From NCBI GenBank assembly GCA_964202905.1, contig CAXNJO010000004.1:96001-160000 (forward strand): DNA of 64,000 nucleotides, written 5' to 3'. Each line of letters opens with the position of its first letter. Positions within the stretch are counted from its first letter, which is position 1. Below are positions 17,160-27,400 of this stretch, piece after piece. The position numbers and the translations under genes were made by a program. This DNA is from Polyangiales bacterium. GTDB lineage: Bacteria; Myxococcota_A; Polyangia; Polyangiales; JADJQN01. Under the pieces are notes generated by a model, which saw only the letters and a program-made list of their open reading frames with translations, did no database searches and was not told the DNA's origin.

Positions 17160-18775
17160 GCGCCGCGCGCGAGCCGGACACCAGGGCTGCGGCACCGGAG
17201 AAGCCGGAGGGCGGCAAGCCCTCGTCGTCGGGCGGGCCCGAGACCGGGGGCGCGCGTGCGGGCGCCACGGTGAACGCCGTGGTGGTCTCGGTCCTCGTGC
17301 TGCTGCTCGCGGGCTTCGCGAACTACCTCGCGTTCCGCCACTACGAGCGCTTCGACTGGACGAGCCAGGGCGTCTACACGCTCTCGGAGCGCTCCCGCGT
17401 CGTGCTGCGCGGCCTCCGCGCAGACCTCGACGTCTACGTCTTCATGTCGCGCGGAGAGCCCGCGCGTGCGGACCTCGACGAGCTGCTCGAGCGCTACGGC
17501 GCGCTCACGCAACACCTCACGGTGCACTACGTCGACCCCGAGACGCAGCGCACGGAGTTCCAGGTGCTCGCCCAGCGTTTTGGCGTCGGCGGCCTGCAGA
17601 ACGTCGAGACGGGCGAGCTCTCGTCGGACGTCGACATCGTCGTCGCGGCCGGCGAAAAACACTGGAAGATCACGCGTGAAGACCTCGTCGAGCTCGACCT
17701 CTCGGGCCTCGGCGACGAGGACGACGGCGCCGACGTCGCGACGCAGGTGAAGAGCGAGCAGGCCCTCACGGGCGCCATCCTGCAGGTCACCACGGGCCGC
17801 GACACGAAAGTCTGCGTGACGACGGGTCACGGCGAGTGGGCTGCCGAGGGGCCCGGCGAGCGCTCGCTCGCCTCGCTCCAGCACGAACTCGAGCGGTCGA
17901 ACGTGGTGCTCGAGTCCTACGCGACGCTCGGGCAGTCCACGATCGCGCGGGGTTGCGACGCCGTCTTCGTGATCGGCCCGCAGACGGGCTTTCAAGCCGC
18001 GGAGGCCGCGGCGCTCGCGGCCTACGTGCGCGCCGGCGGGAACCTGCTCGTCACGCTCGATCCGCTCGTCGAGCGCGACGCCTTCCGCGCGACGGGGCTC
18101 GAGCCGATGCTGCGCGACCTCGGCGTGGCGCTCGACGACGACATCGTCATCGAGCGCGACCGCACGCTCCTCGCCGCGGGCGCGGGCGATCTCTTCTTCG
18201 TGAACGCCTACGGCGATCACCCGACGACCAGCGTGCTCAGGCGCCTGCGGCCGACGACCGCGCTCCGCCTCGCGCGGAGCGTGCGCCCGCTCGACGTCGG
18301 GAGCCGCGCGGTGAAGTTGCTCGAGACGAGCGCCGAGGGCTATGGCGAGACGAGCCTCGGCGAGCTCGGCGGCGAGGTGCCCCCCGCGAAGAACGGCGCC
18401 GATCTCGCCGGTCCGCTCTCGCTCGCCGTCGCGGTCGACACGCGCGCCCGCCGAACGGGCCCGGACGACGAGCCAGCACCCGCTGCGCCGGAGTCCCGTA
18501 CCGGGGGACGCGTCATCGTCGTCGGGACGAGCTCGTGGCTCGAGCCCGCCTTCGTCGACCGGCCCGAGGTCGCGAACTTCGACCTCACGAGCGCGTGGAC
18601 GGGCTGGCTCACGCAGCGCGAAGCCCTGATCGCGATCGCGCCGAAGCGCGTGCAGGCGCGGGCCGTCGTGATGGCGGAGGAGGACCTGAGCGCGCTCGCG
18701 TTCCGCGTGCTCTTCCTGATGCCCATGGCGGTGCTGCTGCTCGGCGTGGCCGTCTGGTGGACCCGCAGGCAGTGA
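17156..18775 (+). CDS. GldG-like ABC auxiliary component
   Basis: TM, FDWTSQGVYTLS, EQALTGAI, TTGHGE, C-terminal TM ending WWTRRQ. Confidence 0.88.
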   Translation: MSAAREPDTRAAAPEKPEGGKPSSSGGPETGGARAGATVNAVVVSVLVLLLAGFANYLAFRHYERFDWTSQGVYTLSERSRVVLRGLRADLDVYVFMSRGEPARADLDELLERYGALTQHLTVHYVDPETQRTEFQVLAQRFGVGGLQNVETGELSSDVDIVVAAGEKHWKITREDLVELDLSGLGDEDDGADVATQVKSEQALTGAILQVTTGRDTKVCVTTGHGEWAAEGPGERSLASLQHELERSNVVLESYATLGQSTIARGCDAVFVIGPQTGFQAAEAAALAAYVRAGGNLLVTLDPLVERDAFRATGLEPMLRDLGVALDDDIVIERDRTLLAAGAGDLFFVNAYGDHPTTSVLRRLRPTTALRLARSVRPLDVGSRAVKLLETSAEGYGETSLGELGGEVPPAKNGADLAGPLSLAVAVDTRARRTGPDDEPAPAAPESRTGGRVIVVGTSSWLEPAFVDRPEVANFDLTSAWTGWLTQREALIAIAPKRVQARAVVMAEEDLSALAFRVLFLMPMAVLLLGVAVWWTRRQ

Positions 18776-18786
18776 GGGGCCCGCGC

Positions 18787-21132
18787 ATGACCGCCCTCAA
18801 GCTCGTCCTCCGCCGCTACCGCACGACGCTCCTGCTCGGCGCGCTCTGCGCGCTCGCGGGCGCGTTCATCTGGTTCTACGAGCGGCAGACGCTGAGCACG
18901 GGCGAGCTCGAGGAGCGCCGCGGGCGGCTGCTCGAGCGCTTCGTGCGGGCCCGCTGCGAGAAGGTCGAGATCCAGCGCGGCGGCGCCGCGATCACGCTCG
19001 TTCGGGAGCGCGCGGACGGCGAGGAGGGCGAGCTCGGGGTCTGGCGCCTGCATGCCCCCGTCTCGGCCGCGGCGGACGACGATGCCGTGAGCGCGCTGCT
19101 CGGCGCGCTCGAGTGGATGGACGACCGCCGCGAGTTCCGCGGCATCACGGCGGCCGACCGCGCGCGGATGGGCCTCGACCGGCCCCGGCTTCGCGCGTGG
19201 CTCACGGTCGCCAACGAGCGGACGCCGCTCGTGTTCGGCGGCGAGGACGCGCGCAGCGAGGGCGTGTACGCGCAACTCGGTGACGCGGGCGTCGCGTGGG
19301 TGGTCGGCAAGGACGTCTTCGAGGCGCTCGACCACGACGCAGCGCACTTCCGCGACAAGGCGCTGTTCGTCGGCGAGACGTCGCCGCGTGTCGCCGACCG
19401 CCTGACGCTGCGCGTCGCCGGGCCCGCTGCGAGCGCCGGCGAGACGCGGCTCGAACGCGACGGGGCGCGGTGGTCCTTGCGCGCACCCGTGCTCGGCTTT
19501 GCCTCGCGGAGCGCGCTCGACGAGCTTCTCGCGGCCGTGGACGACCTGCGCGCGGAGCGCTTCGTCGACGAGCGCCCGACCGATCTCGCCCGCTACGGGC
19601 TCGCGTCGCCCGTTCTCGAGGTCGTCGCCGAGGCGCCGCCCCCGGCGGGTGCGGACGGCGGCGTACGCTCCGGGTTCCGGCTGCGCATCGGGACCGCGTG
19701 CGCGGGTCACACGGACGAGGTCCACGCGCTCGCGGGCGACGTCGGTCCAGTCGTGTGCGTGCGCGAGGCGGCGACGCAGGCCCTCGCGCGCGGCGCGGAG
19801 GAACTGCGCGAACGGCGCGTGCTGGCGGGCGAGGACGAGGTCGTCGAGTCGGTCACGCTGACCGCGCGCGGCAACGGATCGGGCCCAGAAGCCCGGCTCT
19901 CGGTCGCGCGGACCGAGGGCGGTTGGCGTCGCACGGATGGCGGTGGCGGCGCGGACGCCGACGCGGGCGCTGGGGCGACCGTCGACGCGGACTCCGTCGC
20001 GCGCTGGCTCGCGGCCCTCCGCGGGCTCGCACCGAGCGCGTTCGACACGCTCGTCGACGCGGGGGGGCACGACGATCCGGCGCGGCTGCGCGCGCACGGG
20101 CTCGACCGCCCGCGTGCGACGCTGGTCGTCGCGCTCGGGTCCGACCTCGAGGCGGAGACGCTCGCGCTCGGCGCCGTCGACGGGACGGGCGTATGGCTTC
20201 GCCGGGGCGCCGAGCCGGTGGCGCTCCGCGTCGACGCCTCGGCGACGGGCTGGTTCGAGGTGTCGCCGCTCCGCTTGCGCCCGCTCCGCGCGGTGGCGTT
20301 CGACGACGCCGCGGTGACGGCGCTGACCCTGGCGCGGGGGACCGGCGAGGAGCGCGTCGCCCGCGACGGACAAACCTGGCAGGTCACCGCGCCACTCCCA
20401 GTGCCTGCCGAGCGCGCACGGGTCCTCGGTTTGCTCCGCGCGCTCGCGACGCTGCGCGCCGACCGCTGGGTGTCGGAGCAGGTCCAGGCGGGGACGGGCC
20501 TCGAGGTGCCACGCGTGGTGGTGACGCTCGCGCTCGGCACCGGAGGTGCGCCGCACACGCTCCGTATCGGGAATGAGACGCCCGGTGGCGCCTACGCGCG
20601 CTTCGACGACGGCACGGTCTTCGTCGCGCCCGAGGCCGCCCTGCGCGAGATCGCCGCGCCGCTCGCCGCGCACGATCTGCTCGCGGTGCCGGTCGATGAC
20701 GTCGCCGCGCTCACGATCACGCGCGGCACCACGCGCCGTGCGCTGCGCCGCGAGGGGAACGTCTGGCGGGAGGGCGCGCGCGCGCTCGACGCCGCCGAGG
20801 TCGACGCGTTCGTGCGTCCGGTGCTCGACGCGCTCGCTGCGCTCCGCGCCGAGCCGATTCGATACGGCGTGCCTGGGGTCGCCTCCCCGCGTGCGCGTCT
20901 CGAGGTCGAGCGCCGTGGCGGCGAGCCGGCGCGCATCGTGCTGCTCGTCGGGGCCGCGATGCCGGGGGACGCATCCGCGGGCGTCGAGATCGCGCGCGAG
21001 GGGCTGGCCGCGACGTTCCGCGCCGACGCGGCGCTCGTCGCGCCGCTGCTCGGCGAGGCGCCGCCCCCGCTGCCGGTGGAGCCCGACACGCTCGGCCCCG
21101 CGCCCGACGACGACGCACGCCCGACGGAGTGA
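18787..21132 (+). CDS. Multi-DUF4340 domain protein
   Basis: N-terminal TM; repeated W...P....A...V..LL..L..L.A..F.....L..YGL..P units typical of DUF4340; follows gldG-like gene. Confidence 0.8.
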   Translation: MTALKLVLRRYRTTLLLGALCALAGAFIWFYERQTLSTGELEERRGRLLERFVRARCEKVEIQRGGAAITLVRERADGEEGELGVWRLHAPVSAAADDDAVSALLGALEWMDDRREFRGITAADRARMGLDRPRLRAWLTVANERTPLVFGGEDARSEGVYAQLGDAGVAWVVGKDVFEALDHDAAHFRDKALFVGETSPRVADRLTLRVAGPAASAGETRLERDGARWSLRAPVLGFASRSALDELLAAVDDLRAERFVDERPTDLARYGLASPVLEVVAEAPPPAGADGGVRSGFRLRIGTACAGHTDEVHALAGDVGPVVCVREAATQALARGAEELRERRVLAGEDEVVESVTLTARGNGSGPEARLSVARTEGGWRRTDGGGGADADAGAGATVDADSVARWLAALRGLAPSAFDTLVDAGGHDDPARLRAHGLDRPRATLVVALGSDLEAETLALGAVDGTGVWLRRGAEPVALRVDASATGWFEVSPLRLRPLRAVAFDDAAVTALTLARGTGEERVARDGQTWQVTAPLPVPAERARVLGLLRALATLRADRWVSEQVQAGTGLEVPRVVVTLALGTGGAPHTLRIGNETPGGAYARFDDGTVFVAPEAALREIAAPLAAHDLLAVPVDDVAALTITRGTTRRALRREGNVWREGARALDAAEVDAFVRPVLDALAALRAEPIRYGVPGVASPRARLEVERRGGEPARIVLLVGAAMPGDASAGVEIAREGLAATFRADAALVAPLLGEAPPPLPVEPDTLGPAPDDDARPTE

Positions 21133-21248
21133 CGCGCAGCGCTCCTTCGTGCGCCCGGGCGTGACGCGACGGTTGTGGTCGCTTTCGCGCGCGTGGTAGG
21201 GTCTCGCCGCCGCGCCCGGACGGGCCGGTCTCACGTACGGGGAGAGAC

Positions 21249-21914
21249 ATGGATCGAGGCTCTCGGCATCTCTGGACACACGCGGTCGCGGGGCTCCTGC
21301 TCGCTCTCACCGGGGCGACGCTCGGAGGCGCGATGATGGGCTGCTCGGAGGCGAAGCCCGCCGCCGACATCACGGTCGAGCGGCTGCCGGACGTGAACCC
21401 GAACCTGCCCGCCGTCCCGACGCTGCCGCCCCCGCCGCATCCCGTCCAGTACCCCGACCAGACCTACTCGGTCTACGGCGTGCGTCGGCGCATCCACCAA
21501 ACGATGGACACCGAAGTGTCGATCACCGGCTACGTCGTCGCGATGTACACGCCGCCCGAGTGCCCCGCGGACCGCATCTGCCCGCCGGCCCGCGTCCCGC
21601 ACCTCTTCCTCGCCGACGCGAAGGACGAGGCCGACGCAACCAAGCGCCTGACGCTCGTGCAGTACGCCGAGAACCAGACGCAGCTCGACGAGGCCGTCGA
21701 AGCCTTCCGGCGCGGTCGACCGCTGACCCGCGAGGAGGGCGACGATCGCCCGCCGATCCCGGGCGATTTCGGCGTCGGCGCCAAGATCAAGGTGCGCGGA
21801 CGTTTCACGCGCCAGTCGGGGACGGGGTTTTCGCAGGCGGACGGCGTGCTCGACTACGCGGGGCACGAGACGCTCGAGCCCGCGCCCGTCACCGAGCCCG
21901 CGCCGCGTCGCTGA
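21249..21914 (+). CDS. Hypothetical lipoprotein (possible OB-fold)
   Basis: Signal peptide ending MMGC; GGAG RBS; TGGTAGGGT extended -10 at 21194-21202; VSITGYVV and IKVRGRF strands. Confidence 0.75.
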   Translation: MDRGSRHLWTHAVAGLLLALTGATLGGAMMGCSEAKPAADITVERLPDVNPNLPAVPTLPPPPHPVQYPDQTYSVYGVRRRIHQTMDTEVSITGYVVAMYTPPECPADRICPPARVPHLFLADAKDEADATKRLTLVQYAENQTQLDEAVEAFRRGRPLTREEGDDRPPIPGDFGVGAKIKVRGRFTRQSGTGFSQADGVLDYAGHETLEPAPVTEPAPRR

Positions 21915-21956
21915 GCCGCGCCCCGCAGTGTCGCGACGCCCCGGGCGGGAGCGCGG

Positions 21957-23501
21957 ATGCTGCGCCTGATCCTGCGCCGGCTGCTCGTCGTCGTGCCCAC
22001 GCTCGTGGGCGTGACGCTCGTGAGTTTCGCGCTGCTCGTCCTCGCGCCGCCTCCCGGGGGCGGGCTCGCGTCGGAGGCGTCACGCTCGCTCTTCCTCGAC
22101 TTGCCCACCTTCGTCAGCGCGGACCCGCGCGACCTCGCGCGTGACGTCGACGCGGCGCTGGGGGCGACCGCGCGCGGGCTGCCGGCTCCGGACCTCGGTG
22201 TGCGCGGCGCGGTCCTCGTCCCGCTGCTCGCCCCGCGGCTCGCGGCGCTTCCCGCGCCCGCACAGCGCTGGGCCCTCAAGCAGCTCGGCCCGTCGGCGGG
22301 CAGACTGGCGACGGAGGCCGAGCTGGTCGGCGCGGGGGACGATCTCGAGTTCTGGGTGGAACTCTACGAGTCGCGACGGCTCGACTTCCGACCGAGCCAC
22401 GTGCGACGCCTCGTTCGGCGGCTCCGCGCCGGGCGCAGCCGGCACGCCGCAGAGCAACTCCGCGTGCTCGGCACGTACGCGTTGCCGGAGCTCGTCGCTG
22501 CGCTCGACGAGGAAGATGGCGCCGACGCGCGGCAGCGGGTTCTGACGGTGCTCACGGACCTGAGCCCGGACGCGCCGCCCGCGCGGCTCGGCGTGCTCGA
22601 CGCGCGCGCGCCGGAGGCCTGGCGCGAGTGGTGGTTCGTGCATCGCCCGGATTTCGTGGTCTTCGGGCCCATCGAGCGTTCCCTCTCCGCGGTGACCGAG
22701 ACCCGCTACGGCAAGTGGATCGCCCGCCTGCTGACGCTGCGCCTCGGCACGTCGGCCGTCGACGGGGAGGCGGTCGCCGGCAAACTCGTGTCCCGCGGCG
22801 CCGTCACGGTCGCGCTCGCGACGCTCGCTGCCGCGCTCGCCTTCGTGCTTGCCGTACCGCTCGGGACGCTCACCGCCGTGCGCCGCGACGGCTTCGCGGA
22901 TCGGCTCGTCGGGGCGCTCGGCTTCGTCCTGTACTCACTGCCGGTCGTGTGGGTCGGCACGCTCCTGCTGCGCGCGGTGTGCGGTGCCCCCGGCCTCGCG
23001 CTCTTCCCGGCGGGGGGGCTCTTCGACCCCGCGCTCGCGTCGGCGTCGCTGCCGACCCGTCTCGTCGACCTCGCGTGGCACCTCGCCATGCCCGTGTTGT
23101 CGCTCGCGTATCCGTCGCTGATCGTGCTGAGCCGCCACCAGCGCAGCGCGGTGCTCAACGTCATCCGCAGCGACTACGTGCGGACCGCCCGCGCGAAGGG
23201 CGTGCCGGAGCACCGCGTGCTGCGGGAGCACGTGCTGCGCAACGCACTCCCGCCCGTGGTCACACTGGCGGGGCTCGAGGTGCCTCTGCTCGTCGGCACC
23301 TCGGTGCTCGTCGAGGAGCTCTTCGCGATCCCCGGGCTCGGCCGCGAGACCGTCGCGGCAGTGGCGGCGCGCGATGTCGCCTGGCTCGTCGCGGTGACGG
23401 CGGCCGCCGCGATCGTGGGGGTGATCGGGCTCCTCTTCGGCGACCTGTTCGTCGCGCTCGTCGATCCTCGCACCCGCCGCGCCGGGGGAGGGCGGCGATG
23501 A
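21957..23501 (+). CDS. Peptide/nickel ABC permease (DppB/OppB family) with a large insertion
   Basis: MLRLILRRLL...PTLVGVTLVSF start; DYVRTARAKG...HVLRNAL EAA region; about 200 extra residues after TM1. Confidence 0.88.
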   Translation: MLRLILRRLLVVVPTLVGVTLVSFALLVLAPPPGGGLASEASRSLFLDLPTFVSADPRDLARDVDAALGATARGLPAPDLGVRGAVLVPLLAPRLAALPAPAQRWALKQLGPSAGRLATEAELVGAGDDLEFWVELYESRRLDFRPSHVRRLVRRLRAGRSRHAAEQLRVLGTYALPELVAALDEEDGADARQRVLTVLTDLSPDAPPARLGVLDARAPEAWREWWFVHRPDFVVFGPIERSLSAVTETRYGKWIARLLTLRLGTSAVDGEAVAGKLVSRGAVTVALATLAAALAFVLAVPLGTLTAVRRDGFADRLVGALGFVLYSLPVVWVGTLLLRAVCGAPGLALFPAGGLFDPALASASLPTRLVDLAWHLAMPVLSLAYPSLIVLSRHQRSAVLNVIRSDYVRTARAKGVPEHRVLREHVLRNALPPVVTLAGLEVPLLVGTSVLVEELFAIPGLGRETVAAVAARDVAWLVAVTAAAAIVGVIGLLFGDLFVALVDPRTRRAGGGRR

Positions 23502-24457
23502 GGCTCTCGGAGCGGCCGAGCCAGATCGCGGGCTTCGTTCGCGCCCGCATTCGGCAGCGCGCGGGCACGCTGCGCGTGCTCTGGCGTACGCGCCGCGCGC
23601 GCGTCGGGATCGCCGGGCTCGGGGTGCTGCTCGTGCTTGCGCTGCTCGCGGACGTCCTCGCCTCCCCCGCGCCGAGCTTGCGCGTGCTCGAGGCGCCGTC
23701 TCTCGCGCATTGGCTTGGGACCGACGGCCGCGGTCGCGACGTGCTCGCGTGTCTCGTCCACGGCACGCGCGCAGGGCTCTCCGTGGGGTTGGTCTCCGCG
23801 GCGCTCGTCGTGGGCGCGGGCGTGGCCCTCGGGGCCGTCTCCGGCTTCTACGGAGGGCGACTCGACACCTTCCTCACGCGCACCATCGAGGTCTTGCTGA
23901 GTGTCCCCACGATCCTCGCGGTCCTCGCGCTCCGCGGCATCACGGGGCAGAGCGGGCTCCTCGACGTCGCCGTCGTCTTCGGTGTGTTGCGCTGGACGGA
24001 CGTCGCGCGGATGACGCGGGCTGAGGTGTTGCGCGCCCGCAACAGCGACTTCGCGCTCGCCGCGCACGCGCTCGGGCTCACGCCCCGACAGGTCCTCTGG
24101 CGACACGTGCTCCCCGACGCGGTGTCGCCGGCGGTCGTCGCGGCGCCGATCGCGATGGGCGCCGCGATCGTCGTCGATGCGTCCCTCGCGATGCTCGGCG
24201 CGCCCGAACCGGCGGGCGTCGTCACGTGGGGGGCGCTGCTCGCGGGGGCGCGTCTGCACAAAGATGCCTGGTGGCTTGCCGTCTTTCCGGGGTTCGCGCT
24301 GTTCGCGTCGGTCGCGAGCTTCAACCTCGTCAGCGAGTCGCTGCGCGACGCGCTCGATCCTCACTTGCGGGCGATGGCCGTGCCCGGCACGGAGACACCG
24401 CGCTCCCGCGGCGTCGCCGGGCCGACGACGCGCAGCCAGGACCGCGTCGGCCGCTGA
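23498..24457 (+). CDS. Peptide/nickel ABC permease (DppC/OppC family)
   Basis: HWLGTDGRGRDVL, DFALAAHALG...RHVLP, WWLAVFPG, LRDALDP; ATGA overlap with the upstream gene. Confidence 0.9.
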   Translation: MRLSERPSQIAGFVRARIRQRAGTLRVLWRTRRARVGIAGLGVLLVLALLADVLASPAPSLRVLEAPSLAHWLGTDGRGRDVLACLVHGTRAGLSVGLVSAALVVGAGVALGAVSGFYGGRLDTFLTRTIEVLLSVPTILAVLALRGITGQSGLLDVAVVFGVLRWTDVARMTRAEVLRARNSDFALAAHALGLTPRQVLWRHVLPDAVSPAVVAAPIAMGAAIVVDASLAMLGAPEPAGVVTWGALLAGARLHKDAWWLAVFPGFALFASVASFNLVSESLRDALDPHLRAMAVPGTETPRSRGVAGPTTRSQDRVGR

Positions 24458-24463
24458 GCGCGC

Positions 24464-26962
24464 TCACGGCGCGGCAGCGCCCGGGGCCGCAGGGGGCGTC
24501 TCGCCGCAGGTGCGCGTCGGGCGTTCCCGGAGGCGTCGTGCCGCAGCGCGGAGGGCCTCCGAGGACGCGCTGCGCTCGGCCATCTGCCGCGCTTCGTCGC
24601 CGAGTGCCCCGCCGACCGTGACCGCCGTCTCGAGAGCGAGCGCCGCGAGCTCCGCGTCGGGCGCCCACGCGTCGTCGCGGAGGCCCCTTCGGAGGACCGC
24701 AATGACGGCCTCCCGCGCGTCCTGCGCGCAGCGCTCCCGCGCGAGGGCCAGGCCCGATTCGATCACGACCGGCCACTCGTCGTCGTCCTGCAGGCGGGCG
24801 GCCACCAGCGGCCAGGCCCCCCGATCGCCGGCCTGTGTGACCGCGCCGACGGCCGCGGCGCGCACGCTCTCCCGCGGGTCCGAGAGGGCCGCGCGGATCG
24901 CGGGCCGCGCCTCCGGGTGCTGCGCGAGCTGCCGAACGGCCTCGGCGCGAACGAGCGGCCACGCGTCATCGCGTGCCACGCGAGCGATGGCCTCGACGTC
25001 GACGCGTGACGCGCCGAGCGCGCGCACCGCGGCGACGCGCACGCGCGGGTAGGCGTCGGCGAGGGCGACACGCGCCAACGGCGCGAGGCGCGTCGATCCG
25101 CGCGCATGCAGCGCGCCGATCGCGGCCGCGCGCAGCATCCACTCGTCCGCGCCGCGCGCCGTCGCGTCGAGCCACGCGTCGGTGTCGGGCTCGGCGGGGA
25201 GTCGCGCGGACGCGAGCGTGAGCCGGTAGCGCTCCGGGAACGGCGCGCCCGGAGCGGGCGACGCCGCAGCGAGTCGCATCGCCGTGGGTACGCCCTCCGG
25301 GGCTGCCGCGAGGCCGAGCGCCAGGGCGGCGCGCACGCCGGGAGGGCGCGTCTCGGCGGCAAGCCAACCTTCGACGGCGTCCCGCGCAGCGGCTCCTCCG
25401 ACGCGGAGCGCGCGCGCGAGCGCGTCACGCAGCGCGGGGCGCTCCGTCCCGCCCGGTGCGCCCACGGCGGCGAGGATCGCGCCCACCGCGACGGTGCCGC
25501 CCTCCGCCAGACGGCGCGCCGCCACGTCGAGCCCGGCCCCGCCCGCGGCCGTGACCTGCGCCAACCCCGAAACGCCTGCATCGCCTGCCTGCGCGAGCGC
25601 TCCGAGCGCGGCCTCGCGCACTTCGGTGTCGGTGTCGCCGGCCGCGACGACGAGCGCCGCGACCGCAGCGTCGCGCGCGGGCAGCGGACCGGCGTCACGC
25701 GTCGCCGCGCGGGCGGACGTCGCCAACACGCGGACCGCGCGCTTCCGTCCCGCAGGGCTCATCCTCGGCCAGGCTTCGACGGTCGGCGCGACGGACGCGG
25801 CCCCCACGCGCGCGAGCGCATCCGCCGCCTGCCCGGCGTCCGGACCATCCCCCACGAGCACGCGCACGAGGCGCTCGAGCCCTCCCGGAAAGTCGAGGTC
25901 GGTGTACGCCTCGAGGCCGGCCAGCGCTGTGCGGGTCTCCGCGTCCGTCGTCCCCGCGGGGAGGTGCGCGTCATCGAGCACCACCGACAGACATCCCCAC
26001 GTCAGGGGCTCGCGCGGCACGATCCAATAGCGCCGACCCGGGTGCAGCGCAGCGTCCTCGGGGAGCGTGACGTGGAACCGCGCCCCCCCGTCCCCGACGA
26101 CCCACAGCGTTCGCGGGCGTCCGAGCCGCGCGGCGATCGGCGCCTCGGGGGAGGGCGTGATCGCCAGCGCGCGCACCGCAAGCCCCGCACGCTCGAGGCG
26201 GGCGCTCACGAACTCCCCGCGCCCCGACCCGCCGCGTCCCTCTGCCCAATAGCCCGCGCCCGGGCGCTCGAGCACGCGCGGGGCGGCGAGCGCGCTCGGA
26301 TCGTCCCCGTGTCCTTCGTGGCTCGACGCGCCGCCGACGCGCAGGAGTCCGAGGATCGGCGCCCCTTCGGGCCCCGGTGAGTCGATGGTGGCGACGATCT
26401 CCTCCGCGGCGCTGTTCCCCGAGAACCGCGCGATCGTCACCGGACGAAGCGTCTGCGTGCGTGGATCGAACGCCCGCGCGCCGAGGATCGTGCGCTCTGC
26501 GCCGCAGATGCGCGCCGCCTCCGCGATCGTGCCGACGACGATGTCCGCGATCCCGTCTCCGGTGCGGTCCGCGACTTCGATCCACCCAGCGGACCGCTCC
26601 CCCGGATCGCCGTGGAGATCCGTCCGCCCGCTCCACAGCAGTTCCGGGCGACCAGCTGGCCGCGCGATCAGCGCCGCGACGCGCCGTGGCCCGTCGCTGA
26701 TGCGTAGGACCGCCAGCACGCCACCTCCGGCCAGGTCGAGCTCCTCCACGGTCGCGTCGCTCGCCGTCGCGAGAGGGAGCGGCGCGTCGAGGGGGCCCAC
26801 ACGCAGTCGCACGACCCCGGCGAGCGCCTCGACCCGCAACGGCAGGGCGCGCGCAGGGCGTCCGAGGCGCACGCTCCGCGTCAACGGGAGGGACTCCGCC
26901 CGTGCGCTCGGCGCGACCGTGACCACGAGCAAGAGCAGGATCGCGCAGGACAGCGTTCGCAT
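24464..26962 (-). CDS. Exported HEAT-repeat protein with N-terminal beta domains
   Basis: Signal peptide (PSARA), DRTGDGIADIVVG Ca-binding-like motif, C-terminal HEAT repeats (LADAYPRVRVAAVRALG, LSDPRESVRAAAVGA). Confidence 0.75.
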   Translation of the reverse strand: MRTLSCAILLLLVVTVAPSARAESLPLTRSVRLGRPARALPLRVEALAGVVRLRVGPLDAPLPLATASDATVEELDLAGGGVLAVLRISDGPRRVAALIARPAGRPELLWSGRTDLHGDPGERSAGWIEVADRTGDGIADIVVGTIAEAARICGAERTILGARAFDPRTQTLRPVTIARFSGNSAAEEIVATIDSPGPEGAPILGLLRVGGASSHEGHGDDPSALAAPRVLERPGAGYWAEGRGGSGRGEFVSARLERAGLAVRALAITPSPEAPIAARLGRPRTLWVVGDGGARFHVTLPEDAALHPGRRYWIVPREPLTWGCLSVVLDDAHLPAGTTDAETRTALAGLEAYTDLDFPGGLERLVRVLVGDGPDAGQAADALARVGAASVAPTVEAWPRMSPAGRKRAVRVLATSARAATRDAGPLPARDAAVAALVVAAGDTDTEVREAALGALAQAGDAGVSGLAQVTAAGGAGLDVAARRLAEGGTVAVGAILAAVGAPGGTERPALRDALARALRVGGAAARDAVEGWLAAETRPPGVRAALALGLAAAPEGVPTAMRLAAASPAPGAPFPERYRLTLASARLPAEPDTDAWLDATARGADEWMLRAAAIGALHARGSTRLAPLARVALADAYPRVRVAAVRALGASRVDVEAIARVARDDAWPLVRAEAVRQLAQHPEARPAIRAALSDPRESVRAAAVGAVTQAGDRGAWPLVAARLQDDDEWPVVIESGLALARERCAQDAREAVIAVLRRGLRDDAWAPDAELAALALETAVTVGGALGDEARQMAERSASSEALRAAARRLRERPTRTCGETPPAAPGAAAP

Positions 26963-27144
26963 GCGGGCGGGAGCCTCGCACGCCCCCGCGCGCGCGACCA
27001 CGGCACTTGGGCGTTGCCGACGGGCAGGCCCCCCATCGACGCCGCCGGGCGGTGTCGCCTCCCACGCAATCGACTGCGAGGTTGGATTTCTGGACAGCGC
27101 GCCGCGACGATGTGACAGGTGCGCCGCCGTCCGGCTCGAAGGGG

Positions 27145-27173
27145 TTGACAATCCACGGGCATCGGCCGATACC
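27145..27173 (+). promoter_or_regulatory. Possible promoter of the sigma factor gene
   Basis: Perfect TTGACA-17 nt-GATACC (weak -10). Confidence 0.4.
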
Positions 27174-27400
27174 GCTCCCCCCTGTCGAGAACGGTCCAAG
27201 AACCCCATCATCAGGCCATGCATGTGCCGAAGGTCATCCGGGCGGCTGCCGCGAAGTCCAAGAAACCGAGCCCGCGCATGGTCGGTGCCGCGCCCGCCCC
27301 GCGCCATGCGACCAGCGGCACGCGTCGTGCTGACGCGACCACCGTGAAGAAGCCCCCAGCACGTCCGGCCGCCGGACGTACTTCCGCAGAGTCACCCCCG

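Noticed and set aside
17836..18786. N-terminal extensions of track ORFs (also 11166-11630, 14296-14616, 22628-23497, 26963-27307)
   Set aside because: They overlap neighbouring genes in other frames; internal starts with coupling or signal peptides fit better.
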